Assembly (NCBI GenBank): GCA_051294375.1
Contig: CM119265.1
Location: forward strand, 20,928,221 to 20,992,220
DNA length: 64,000 nt
Direction of reading: 5' to 3'
Source of the DNA: Paraspadella gotoi
Taxonomy: Eukaryota > Animalia > Chaetognatha
The notes under the pieces are model-generated. The model saw nothing but the letters and a program-made list of their open reading frames with translations, was not told the DNA's origin and searched no databases. Positions 12,623-23,429 of this stretch are shown piece by piece. The position numbers were made by a program, and so were the translations under genes. Within the stretch, counting starts at the first letter, position 1; each line of letters opens with the position of its first letter.

Positions 12623-13533
12623 ATCTCTCTCTCGCTCTCTCTCACTCTCTCAGGCAAGACCAAGAAATGGATTTCATAACGAAACTCCCGTTTCAAGCGA
12701 CTTTATGTTCTTTACCACGCGACCTCGTCGTTTTGGCCGAGGACGAAGGCGAGATGGAGGGAGAGGGAGAGAAAGAGGAAGAGAAAAAAGATGGAGAAGA
12801 GAAAGATGTAGAGAAAAAAGATGGAGAAGAGAAAGATGAAAAGAAAAAAGATGGAGAAGAAAAAGAGGAAGAGAAAAAAGATGGAGAGGAGAAAGAGGAA
12901 GAGAAAAAAGATGGAGAAGAGAAAGATGAAGAGAAAAAATATGGAGAAGAGAAAGATGAAGAGAAAAAAGATGGAGAAGAGAAAGATGAAGAGAAAAAAG
13001 ATGGAGAAGAAGAAGATGAAGAGAAAGAAGAAGAAAAAGATGAAAAAGAAGAAGACGATACATGTCTCGCCAAAACAAATTATACCCACAGGTAAACGAA
13101 TATAGCAAAGAATGAATGAATGAATACTAAACGAATGAATTCTAAATGAATGTATGAATGAAAAAATTAACGATTGAATAAATGAATGAATGAATGAATG
13201 AATAAACGATTGAATAAATGATTGAATGAATGAATGAATAAATGAAAGAAAACTAAATGAATGAATGAAGGAATGAATACTAAATAAATGAATACTTTTA
13301 TGAACCACAGACTCCTGACGCACCTTCTGCGCTCAACCCCAACGTCGTCGTCCACATCCCTTGTCGCCCGCGTCGTCGGCTCCTGGAGCCTCCAAGACGA
13401 TGGAGCCTCGAGCCGAGGCCTCCTCCACGGAGCGGATTCCCTTCCGGCGGTGGAGCTCTTCGTCGTCGACGGGTGGGGTTCCGCCCCGTTAAGCGTCTCT
13501 CACCTTCTTCGGTCCAAAGGATTGGCTGCGTAA
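2073..13533 (+). CDS. Giant acidic KH-like x2 + extended Tudor protein (TDRKH/Papi- or AKAP1-like architecture), ~2216 aa, 10 exons
   Basis: Phase-consistent GT-AG exons: 2073-2091, 2290-2373, 2658-2753, 2928-3052, 3281-8167 (alternative in-frame donor after 8152), 10878-10980, 11394-11638, 12011-12441, 12654-13091, 13311-13533. KH-like segments are RYTVPKGGG..VRKLADEHDEVEISVDDGRVKISGPQEHAQEVFDELV and EFMIPSSLAYI..IENIERETKTQISV..LAVKGKADGCDAAKVSL. Extended-Tudor motifs are CHVASVAP..LWA..MKEEMGKFY, DDWLRAVV, VRLLDLGSVVKVSRSNVRRL, FITKLPFQATLCSL and PAVELF..SVSHLLRSKGLA. The first exons are less certain than the rest. Confidence 0.72.
3830..4110 (+). repeat. Coding 21-nt (7-aa) tandem repeat, GE(E/D)NGDA
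   Basis: About 12 copies of ggcgaggagaacggcgacgcc-like units inside exon 5. Confidence 0.9.
4680..5530 (+). repeat. Coding tandem repeat (KDEESEKKEEDEE-like units) with a 210-nt higher-order period in part
   Basis: Near-identical blocks gatgaaggtgaagatgaagcaaaagatgaagagtgtgtcaagaa recur at about 4820, 5030 and 5240; the antisense ORFs at 4647, 4857 and 5067 are spaced exactly 210 nt apart. Confidence 0.9.
7100..7925 (+). repeat. Coding tandem repeat (EKEADKSE / ENKDADKSE units)
   Basis: More than 25 copies of gaaaaagaagcggacaaaag(c/t) variants. Confidence 0.9.
8220..8510. repeat. (ATTT)n followed by (CTTT)n intronic microsatellite
   Basis: Directly visible; it explains the spurious FIYL/FFLS tail of ORF 3308..8518. 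Confidence 0.95.
9422..9481. repeat. (CT)n microsatellite
   Basis: About 28 CT units. Confidence 0.95.
12539..12651. repeat. (CT)n microsatellite forming an intron polypyrimidine tract
   Basis: The CT run ends directly at the cag acceptor at 12653. Confidence 0.9.
12775..13030 (+). repeat. Coding 30-nt tandem repeat (EKKDGEEKDE)
   Basis: About 8 copies of gagaaaaaagatggagaagagaaagatgaa inside the C-terminal part of the extended Tudor. Confidence 0.9.
13110..13295. repeat. (GAAT)n intronic microsatellite
   Basis: Degenerate gaatgaat array filling most of the last intron. Confidence 0.9.
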
Positions 13534-14399
13534 TTAGGTAAGCTCAAGGTTTTGAGATCAGGTTAGATTCCAAAGTCATCACATTTTAAATGGAAATTCA
13601 ATCCCCTACTCTAACGTGATAATCACGTAATCTTTTTATAAATGTTATAAATAGTTCCTCTCTCTCCTTTTTTTTTCAAGCAACCAACTCAAACTGCTGT
13701 CCGGAGGAAGTTTAACGAAAATCCAAACCGACAAAAGCTAATTCCATATAGTTTTATTATTACAATGTTTTACAATTATTTATCACAAAATATGTAAGGC
13801 ACTCTGCTGGTTTTGTGTCAAGTATTGTCTTTTAAATACAAACCGAAAAAATTATTTAAAGGAAGCGTTATGTGAGTTCAAACTTTTAGCTTACACTTGC
13901 GAACGCGCTTTTATCTATTTCGGCTTTTTTAAATCTCGTCTTTTACGCTTATTTAAAAATACTGACACAGCAATTGCCTTACATTGTTTTACTGTGTACG
14001 CAGTACAATATTGGTTTTAACAATGGAACAATGGTGTATCCAGGCATTTCGTTTATGGCAGGTTACCTTTTACATAAAGTAGTTTTTTTTTTCAATTAGT
14101 ACAATTAACAGTTTTTAACGAAGAAAACAGAAACGTTTCGATTCCATTGTTGTATTGAAATTACCGGATTTTATTGCCATCTTTGTAGTCATTAATAAAT
14201 ATCAAAAAGTAGGGTAGAAAAGCCAGAATGTTGACTAAAAAAAAAAAATCCACCAAGGTCAAACATGCATCAACGATCATGCCATCGAAAAGACTACGCT
14301 AAAATCCTAACCATATCAATAATAAAACAAAAGAATTTAACGTCTCTGTTTCTAACAACGACTAACTACATGCGCTGGACATAAATTACATAAACGTGA

Positions 14400-15340
14400 C
14401 ATTCTGCGATCCTGGGGGGACCTGAGTGACTTCGCAATGTATTCTTCTTAGATTCCATATTATTGCAACAGCAACTCGTTTCTACTGCCTCTCCTCTTAG
14501 TCCAATTTTCTCATTTTTCCCCCTACGTTTCTGCCCTCACAATTCTTTCGAGAAAAAAAAACATTGTATTATAATTTAATTATAACAATTTCAGGAAAAT
14601 AATTAATATTGAATAGGCGAATTCTTAACGCCTCGATCGGTAGAAGGATTTACTGTCGGCAATTTGATTTTCTCGACTGGCGGGAGGACCGGAGTAAAAA
14701 TTCGACAAAATTTATGTTTTATTTGTGAGATCGAAACTAGAGTGAGTTTCATGAAAATGTCAAAGTTCAATCAAAGTAACACTCTACACTTTAACGTCTA
14801 AAAATACCATAAATAAAAGAAAAAAGCTACGGGGAAAAAAAAAACAGGAAAAAAAAAAAAGAGTTGACATAGAACTTAGCGATCTCAATTCTCGAAAGAA
14901 TAAGGGCGATGCTTTCATTATGATATCCCACATTCGCGAGTAGTGCCACAAGTGCAGTTTCCGTCTTTACGTACTTCAAAAGAACATCATTTATTCTTTT
15001 CCAATCTAATTGTTCTTTATCTCGTCACCAGCTACTAATCGATGTCGTACTAGATGTCTCTGATGTTGTATATACTTCTTCGTCTCTCTCTTTCCCTAGC
15101 TTTTTCAAAGAAATGATTAATTTAAAAAAAACACAACCATCATTGTGTTCAGTAACACATTTACAAGTTGCGCCATGTCTCATTCAACGTGGGCATCTTA
15201 ACGAATATAACGTAACAACTAAAAATCACGAATGAAGGTGGAGCTACCTTTGTTTTGAAAAAGTGACGTTTGAATGAAATTTTTATTTCTGTGACTGTCA
15301 TTAACCGTCGTTTTTGTTGCGTCTTTGTGCTCCTGATGAC
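14400..15340 (-). pseudogene. Putative spliced pseudogene or lncRNA: exon-like segments with in-frame stops
   Basis: Minus-strand GT-AG introns 15247-15197 and 15164-15100 join ..SLFQNK-DAHVE*DMAQL-LGKERDEEVYTTSETSSTTSISSW*RDKEQLDWKRINDVLLKYVKTETALVALLANVGY in one frame. No recognisable family. Confidence 0.3.
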
Positions 15341-17507
15341 TGTGAACGTGACTCACACAATCTTTTAGGTTATAACGTGAAACGTGACAATCGAGGTGCA
15401 TCTTGAAGATGAGAAGAATCATGGTCACGGCACGAATTAACAGTGTATTAGTACTCCTACCTCCAAGTGTTCACTAGGAACAAGTTTTTCAAACTTAGCT
15501 TCCAAAATTCTCTAGCTCTTTCCCCCTTTGTGATCGCAGAATGTTCTTTAACAGTTACTATTTTCATTTTTTACTTCTCTTTGTGTATTTGTAAAAAGTT
15601 ATAAGAAATTATTCTTGAAACGATTATTGAAAATGTCAAGCTTTACTAATCTGTGCCTGTTTTTGTACATCGAACTCTCTTTTATAAGAATTTGTTCTTT
15701 AAAAGTGTTACTGCATGGAAGAACCAGTCCTAACAAGCTTGCCCCTCTTTCTCTTCTTTAATTCGAATTATCACAACCGCGTCATATGACTACACTATAC
15801 ACACTTGAATTGCATTCCATATTGTTATTTTCACCATAACTAGTTTAAGTGTAGTTTATCTACTATAAGTTCTACAAACCAGTTTGTGATTGAAGTGGTC
15901 TCTTCTTATAACTTTGACCACTTTTCAATGCATGTTTAGCATCAGTATTTAGTTTTCCATTTTTGGGAAAGCGTTGATAAACTTTTAAATCATTAACTTT
16001 TTGACCTCTACTTTCTGATCACCTTATTAAATATTTTAGATAGAAGGTGGTCACAAAATAAAGGTCATGGTTCATTTAGGTCAGAAGGACCCCACTTACG
16101 ACATCATATGAGCCATACAAAAGTTGATGCTTTGAAATTTTTTTTCACAGTGCTTAATATTTTCAATATAGTTTCAAGAAACTTTCCTTTAAGGGAGTTT
16201 AATCTATGATATAAATTATCTAAAAATAAAAAATTCTTTGAGGGGGCTGTAAAGAAATAATAATAACCATTGTTCTCATTGTTCATAGCGCATTCATCAT
16301 GAGTAACAAACTTTGATAGAGCTTCTTTACAAAGCTTTAATTAACCGGCGTGATTATTACTGGTGATTTCAACGTAGTGATGGGCAAAATTTTAGCTCAT
16401 ATGTGATATATTTTGCCAATATCTATAGTTTTAAAATTTTTTTAAAAAATTTATTTGTAAAAAAATAAAAATGATTAGATAATTAAACCTAAGAAGCAGA
16501 ATTGTTTACTTCTATTCATTGCACTTGCATACTGGCGAGCCTCATATGTTTATCATTGTATTCGCATAATAAACTGCCTTGATAGTATTGCCATATTGTT
16601 GTGAAATAGTGAAAAAAGTAGTCCCATAACTGATTATGAAAACAGTAAGGTTCCACCATTCTTTTCCCGATTCAACCTGACAAAGGTTATTATCCAATCC
16701 ATGATGATTTTGCCCACCCGTAATTGCATCGAAGTGATATGTGAATTTTTAATTGTTATAAATAATACTAAATACTTCCAATCATGACTTATGTCATATT
16801 ATTATGATTCTTTTTTATTTTTAATTCTTTTTATTGTTGTTCAAATGAAATACTTGATCAAGTCCAAAGAAAGTCTTGAAGCAGGTCAAAACTTTTTGGC
16901 AAAGCATGAACTGTGCAAAACACAGTCAGAAAGGAAAGGGAACATTTAAAATGGCGATGTTATTTGTTTTCCTCAGCACATTGTTACGCGTTTTATCTTG
17001 GTATTGGTTTGTGGTATTCATGAGTTAAATTGTTAATGTTTTATGTGCATCTGATCATAAACCTGATGTATAACTTGCCCTGGTAACTTAACAGCTCATT
17101 GCTAGTCCCGCAGTATTATGTAACCAGCTAAATTGTAGCTTTGGTATAACTGGCATTACGACATGATGAATTAAAACGTCATAGATACTTGATAACGCAT
17201 TTTTCATTCAACAAGAAGATTTAAAATAGATAGGAGATATTAAAAATATAAGTTGTACATCCTGCTGCTTTAGTCTCAAGTTCCAATGTAAATGTAAATG
17301 TAACTTTAAAAAATTAAGTGTTATCCATTTTAAATATTTTTAAGCATCAGTTGTATTCTGAAGAGAAAAGGATAACAATTTAATACATAAGTTCAAATAC
17401 GTAATACGAAAAAATTGTAAGAAGTTAAGATTTGAGCATACAAGCAGAGAAAAATAAGCCTTCTCGGTTTATCTTATGAATATTTTTGAAAAACTGAGAA
17501 ATCAGAA

Positions 17508-17922
17508 TTTACCGGGTCTTTGAGCTATTTTGGGAATATTTAAAAAAATACATTGGAAGCAGTAAAAATTAAATTAAATTTGGAATGATTATAAAAGAAT
17601 GTAACAAGAACAATGGCTCCCGAAGTAAGCATATACTTTTGCAACTGCGCACAGCTAAACTGACCCGACTGCTGCGACATCACTGTGTTTAAAAATTATG
17701 TTGCAAAATGCTCTTATGTATAGTTCTCATGTCTCTGTAGTATTTTCAAATGTAGACAGTGAAAAATATTTATTAATTATTAGTCTATTTTATATTTTTT
17801 AAACGTTTCTGGGCATCGACTGAAAGCTAATGAAGTTTCAAAAAATATTTTCGGTTACCGTGACCTTTCTCTATCAATGAAGGCCCAAAGTTATTCCCAA
17901 AATAGCTCGAAGACCGTGTAAA
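17508..17922. mobile_element. MITE-like element with ~31-bp imperfect terminal inverted repeats
   Basis: tttaccgggtctttgagctattttgggaata (17508-17538) pairs with tattcccaaaatagctcgaagaccgtgtaaa (17892-17922); non-coding interior. Confidence 0.65.
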
Positions 17923-18760
17923 ATGTATATAAGCCTAAGACTAAGTCCTTGTTTATAATTATAATTTATATGAGAAGATTTACTACTCTCATAACATAAC
18001 TTATGTCATAAGCATTGAGCGATTAGTATTGCACTTTTGTCAGATCCTTAAAAAGATGCAATATTACGAGACATCTAGTAGCGATGATAAAGTGAACAAA
18101 AGGCATTATTTTTTATACAATTATTTTTCGAATTTTTATATTTTTCGATTTATCACTTTTTTATTTTTATGTTTTATTGAGGCATTTTCTTTAAACAGCG
18201 AGTGGTTGGGACAATTCCTTAAACCCCTTCTCGTTAAAACGCTCTCCATGGCCCTCAAACGTAGAAACGCCGCACAGGAACGCGATCTCGGACATTTAGT
18301 TTTTGTCAACAAAAAATACATACGTGAAGATTATGAATCAACAGCGCGGCGGCCCAACGAATTATGGAAGACGAAGATTGAGGAAGCAACCATGAGAGAA
18401 ATAATGATCAGGTTTAGGCCACAACCTACTACATTTTGTCCCTTAACCTTTTTGATAATGCAAACCCCTTTGAAGGCCTATAAGCCTATAGGCCTATAGG
18501 CTATACTTTAAAAAACCTTGCTCTTCTTTTTCAGATTAATAAACAACACTTGTCAAAGTCGCATACATGGATGATGATGTCTCCAAATTCCAATAGATGT
18601 ATACTGTATAATCGGTCCGTCGAATCTCGCGGAAACATTTATCCAAAAATTGGCTAAATGTTGGAAGTTATGACCATTATGTTATGAAGAACTAGGCTTA
18701 GTCTAGTAATTTTAAAGATCGATGGATATTGGGTAAGATAGTTTCCATATAACTAAAAGA

Positions 18761-18913
18761 ATGAAATTGAAAATGGTACAACCAATATAAAACTTACCAA
18801 TTCATTAAAGAAATAAACTACCATTCTCATGACTTTGGACAAGCTATGGTGGGATAAGGCCTCCATCCATCTTACAAGATAATCTAAATAACAAGTCCCT
18901 GCAAGCATTCAAC
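18761..18913 (+). repeat. Dispersed repeat, copy 1 (inverted copy at 29551-29694)
   Basis: ggtacaaccaatataaaa..attcatt..aaataa..tgactttggaca..ggcctccatc..ctgcaagc matches the reverse complement of the EGFR intron segment. Confidence 0.75.
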
Positions 18914-19409
18914 GTTAACTTTATTCATATGCTTGTCTCTTACAACTGAAATAATAATAATAATTAGTATATACTATTACATGTTTATTCAGCGAAAAAA
19001 TTGTTTTACAATTTTTAGGGTTAAAATTACTTGAAACTTGGCTTTAATCTTATCCCGAATGGTTATAAAACAAATTCTTGAAATTTTTAAAATGATTTTC
19101 TCTGATAGGTTTAGGAGATTAAAATATTTTTAAATTTTACGTTAGTGATGTGTTTTATAAAAATAGATGTTCTTGTGCCTAAAAGTAATTATTATTAAAT
19201 TTAAAATTTCAAGCGAACAAAACTGACATTCGAGTATGACATGATCATTAAGTTCGATCGTATTTTCTAAAATCCAGCACGATTTTTCCGAGGGGAAGCT
19301 GCTCGTTTTTGTGGTCGAAGCTCTTCCCCCCTCAGCTCGGCGCTTCATCATCATCGCACTCGTAGTCATATTACTTCTACTCCTTGTTTGGTCTTCATCC
19401 TCTGACTCT

Positions 19410-19410
<1 letters not shown>

Positions 19411-19452
<42 letters not shown>
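19411..19452. repeat. (CT)n microsatellite
   Basis: About 20 CT units. Confidence 0.9.
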
Positions 19453-19455
<3 letters not shown>

Positions 19456-21132
19456 GATCATGACTAATCAAAACTGCTCTTTTGTTGATAATTCCTTCAC
19501 GTTTCAGCTTATGGTTGTACACGAAGAAGAAATATAAAATAGGCTTTTTGAGCTTAAAGCACCGATTGGTATAATATTTTTTGATCAATTACTAAAATAA
19601 AATTTCTGAGTAAAAATTATATAATAACTAGCAGTAATTGATGACTAAATGTGAATCGTCTGAGTATTAGTCAGTTTGGATGAAAGAATGTCTACTGCTC
19701 CGAAGTGTCGAGGCGGCTGGGGCCTCCAGATCTGGCGTGGCGAATTTGATCCTTCTACTAGACGCTCGTGTTGGGGCCTCGTTGGATGAAAGGGAAAGGG
19801 AAAGGATGGGTCCTCGTTGAAATATTCTTCAGCAGCATCAACGCTCTCAGCAAGAAAAAAGAACCTCATTGTCATCATTCTAGTATGACGTCAAAATATC
19901 TTAACCGTTTGTTTGTAAGGCCATTTTATTTTTTAATGTTTTTTATTGTTCGCGCACAAGTAACTTGGCTCTATATTTAAATTGTGTTACCAATAATCTG
20001 AAATGGAAAACTCTTTTCAGTCTATGGATTTATCTGCGAAACTCATACGTGTATCATTGGAATGTGGAAAAAGCCAGCCGAAGGTTTAACTTAAAAGACC
20101 ACTTCTTCAAAGATAAAGAAATAGTTTATAGATTTTTTATTTTGGTGGTTTTGAAAAATGTTTTAAACTTAACATTTTTTTAACAAATAGTTTTTTTTAT
20201 TGAAATAAGGCCTTTGTGAGCATGGCTGATGTTCATTGCTCAAGATAAGCGATTATTTATAACTGGTTTGAAGTTGATTGATTCTATGAAGGATAATTAT
20301 CACCTTATTTTAAAAGTACTCGAATTAAACTATAGAGCCTGTAGCCAAACTAAACCTTAAAATATATTAATAGGAATTTTTTTCTATGATCTCAAGACAT
20401 TAAAATATCTCTGTAAAATAAATTAAAATATTTATCTCCATTTTTTTTTACAATCAGTTTAATAAGTTTAATCAGTCAAATAAAAAGGGAAAAATGTCGC
20501 AAAAAAGCTGCTGGAAGGTAATCGCACCAATTGTTATTATGTAAAGTATTATCAATTTGCTATACAAGGTGACACACGACAACCGGCTGTTAGAAAAAAA
20601 TCGTCATTTGCAAACTTGTAAAGATTTTTTTAATCTGAAAGATTTTTTTTGTAGTAAAAACCAAAATCATTTATATATCCAAATTTTATATTGATTGGTT
20701 TTGATTTGACTTGGCAATGAGCGGAGAAAAGTTGCCTTCAAAATCGTCAGTTGGGATTAAAGAGCAAAAAATCCATGAAGGATATAGGTTTACATGATGT
20801 CTAATATCTAATTAAAAAATTAAGGCAAAAAGTAACTTTTAACTTTGTGTTGTATAGATGCTCCCTCTATTTCCAGAAGATAACATCCCTTTCCCATTAT
20901 ATTATAAAAGAATATACTTTATATAAAGAATATAATTAAATCTAATATATAAAGAAATTGATTAATTTTTTATATTTATTTTAATATTTTACTATAAAAT
21001 TTTATAGTCTAATTCAGTAAAACAAGTAATATTGAAAATCTTTATTGAAGGATGAATGCATTCTTGGCTAAGTTCAAACAAGACTTTTTTTAATTTATAG
21101 GAATTAAATATAATTTTATATGGATTGTAATA

Positions 21133-22079
21133 CAGTCCTGTGAAAAAAAAAACGCGCCACTTTATAACTTTAAATTCCAGTCGCTCTATAAAACATTTTT
21201 AAAAATTATATAAAAAAACTAAAATTTGTTAATAAAAGAATCAATGTATTTAAATTTTATTACAATCGGTCAAAATGTTTAAGAGATATGATTTTTTAAA
21301 CTTGAGTGTTCCAAAACCAAACAAGAAAAACGATTTTTGTTTACACGGATTTTTTTTAACTAAAAAAACTATAAAATGAAAAGAGCTGTCATTGTGGTTG
21401 TGAAAAAGCTTTTGACATTTAGATTGATAAGACACATACTCCAATATCTATATCTGTAAAATGAATTTAAATTTTAAAACTTTTTTTAAAAAAAATATAT
21501 GTTAAAACAAGANNNNNNNNNNAGAGCAAAAAATCCATAAAGGATATAGGTTCCCAACTGATGACCTCTAAAATTATTTTGAACAGATATAAAAATATTA
21601 AAAAATAAATAATAAATGTATTCTATTTAAAATATAAGAAAAACAAATAAAAGATTATTAAATTTACATCTAATAAACAGCTTTCCCCGGTAAGTATCCC
21701 TATCAGAACATACAATTCTACTTTGTAGTCTTAACCCTTAACAATAACGAATCATAAATAATATTAATCCCATAACAAATTATCCTCTCCACCCCTTTCT
21801 GTTCAGAATTTTAGATATTTTAAAATTTTTAATAATGACTTCTTAACAAGAATGATGTTTAATATCTAATTAGAAAATTAAGGCAGAAAGTAACTTTTAA
21901 NNNNNNNNNNTTTAAAAAAATCATTGCTTTTAAATGGATGGCCCAATTTTAATCAAATTTATACCAAACTTATCATCTTTCAATAAATTTAAAATCATTT
22001 TTTTTTTTTTAAATTTCAATTTATAGAGTGTTTTTTCAAGTATGAAATAAAGTGGCGCGTTTTTTTTTGCCCAGGACTG
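21133..22079. mobile_element. Tc1/mariner-type non-autonomous element (CAGT...ACTG TIRs, TA target-site duplication) spanning two assembly gaps
   Basis: TA|cagtcctgtgaaaaaaaaaacgcgccacttta ... taaagtggcgcgtttttttttgcccaggactg|TA. CAGT termini with a TA duplication are Tc1/mariner hallmarks. The interior is unreliable because of the N gaps. Confidence 0.8.
21513..21910. other. Two 10-N assembly gaps (21513-21522, 21901-21910) enclosing a probably misplaced haplotype segment
   Basis: N runs are visible; the ends of the enclosed segment duplicate 20761-20842. Confidence 0.85.
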
Positions 22080-22789
22080 TAGAACTTAATATATTGGTAG
22101 AAGATGGTACGTGTATTTTGTATATTGTATAAGCCATAGGGTTATGATGAAAAGTTTGTCCAACAGAAAATGTAAAATAATTGATTCTTGAAAATTATCT
22201 TGAAGACTCGAAAGCTTTCATTAGTTTTTGCTGTCGATCTTGTTGATGTGAGGATCCTTAACTCTTCCCTAAAAGCACATCATCCTCAATACAATAGTGG
22301 TCAATTTCGTCTCTACGCTCGACTTGTTTCGAGGCGTATTGAAATCCCACATTAAGTATTGATTGCCCCATGGTTCGCTGGTCAAATCTCATCCGAACCA
22401 AGACCAAGACTTCTTTCGTGGTCAATCTCTGAGAACGGGGGATTGTGTGACTCATTTTGCCGCCTTTTTTTACTTTTAATAGAATGTTATTATTCTATTT
22501 TTCCTGAAATTTTATTATTAGTTTCGTCGCAAGGGTGAACCCGTCCCCACCCGCCTCCAATGGATCTTCTCCGGGACGAAAACTCTCACCGTCTGTTAAG
22601 AAAAAACTCGATATCGATGATCCCGCTCCCACGGTCAGTCTTCCAGCACCAGCAGCCACAGCCGCCGCGTCCGGAGTGAGAGAACTCACCCTCATCCTTT
22701 TCTCAAACAAACCGCGGATCGCCTTCCCTACTCCACCGTGCCTTCCATTTTTTTCCTTTTTGGTGTCTCCCTCTCTCTCTCTCTCTTTT

Positions 22790-22824
<35 letters not shown>

Positions 22825-23429
22825 GCGCCTTCTGTCCATCGTCGTCATCGTCGTCGGTCCTCAACCACCGACCTTGTGTCGATAATAAAGTGCCTCATTG
22901 TCGTCTTCTGATCGTCGAGGAGAAATCTGACCAATCACGTTTCTCTTGCCTTCTCACTTTCTCACATCCCGGATCGCGACGTGAAGTTCGAGATTCTCTT
23001 CATCGGAGGCGAAACAGGAGCGAAAACTGACCACTCGATCTTCGAAAGGGAAAAAAGTTATCAACTTCGCCGGATCCAGTTTCTCTCTCATTCTCCGCCT
23101 CTTGTTACGTCTTCAGTTTTCTCCCTTTTTTGACTGACACGCCCGGTGCACGCGGCCGGGGTTTCGACCCGAAGGATGCGGTCCTGGAACGTGTCCGTCT
23201 TGGATTTACCGGGAGGTTAAATAATTACCCGTCGGAAGTGCCCGAGTCGGCGCCGCCAGAGGTGGCCGAATCTTCGCTAATTATTTTCTCGGCTGCCAAA
23301 AAGGAAAGCCGATCGACGAACTTTGAGGCGAATCCGTTCGTCGGAGAATTTTGGATTAAGGCTGTCGTTTATGCGCCCAACTGTCTACTATAAGTTTCTT
23401 CAAGAATCCCGCATTTTCGGTAGACGGTC

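Noticed and set aside
14400-15340. Genome-wide stop-codon reassignment as the explanation for the in-frame stops
   Set aside because: All 11 intact genes read in the standard code and terminate with TAA, TAG or TGA.
22495-23393. ORFs upstream of EGFR (22495-22848 minus, 22535-22885 plus, 23130-23393 plus)
   Set aside because: No domain similarity and partly microsatellite-derived; more likely GC-rich EGFR promoter/5' UTR sequence (CCAAT at 22931).
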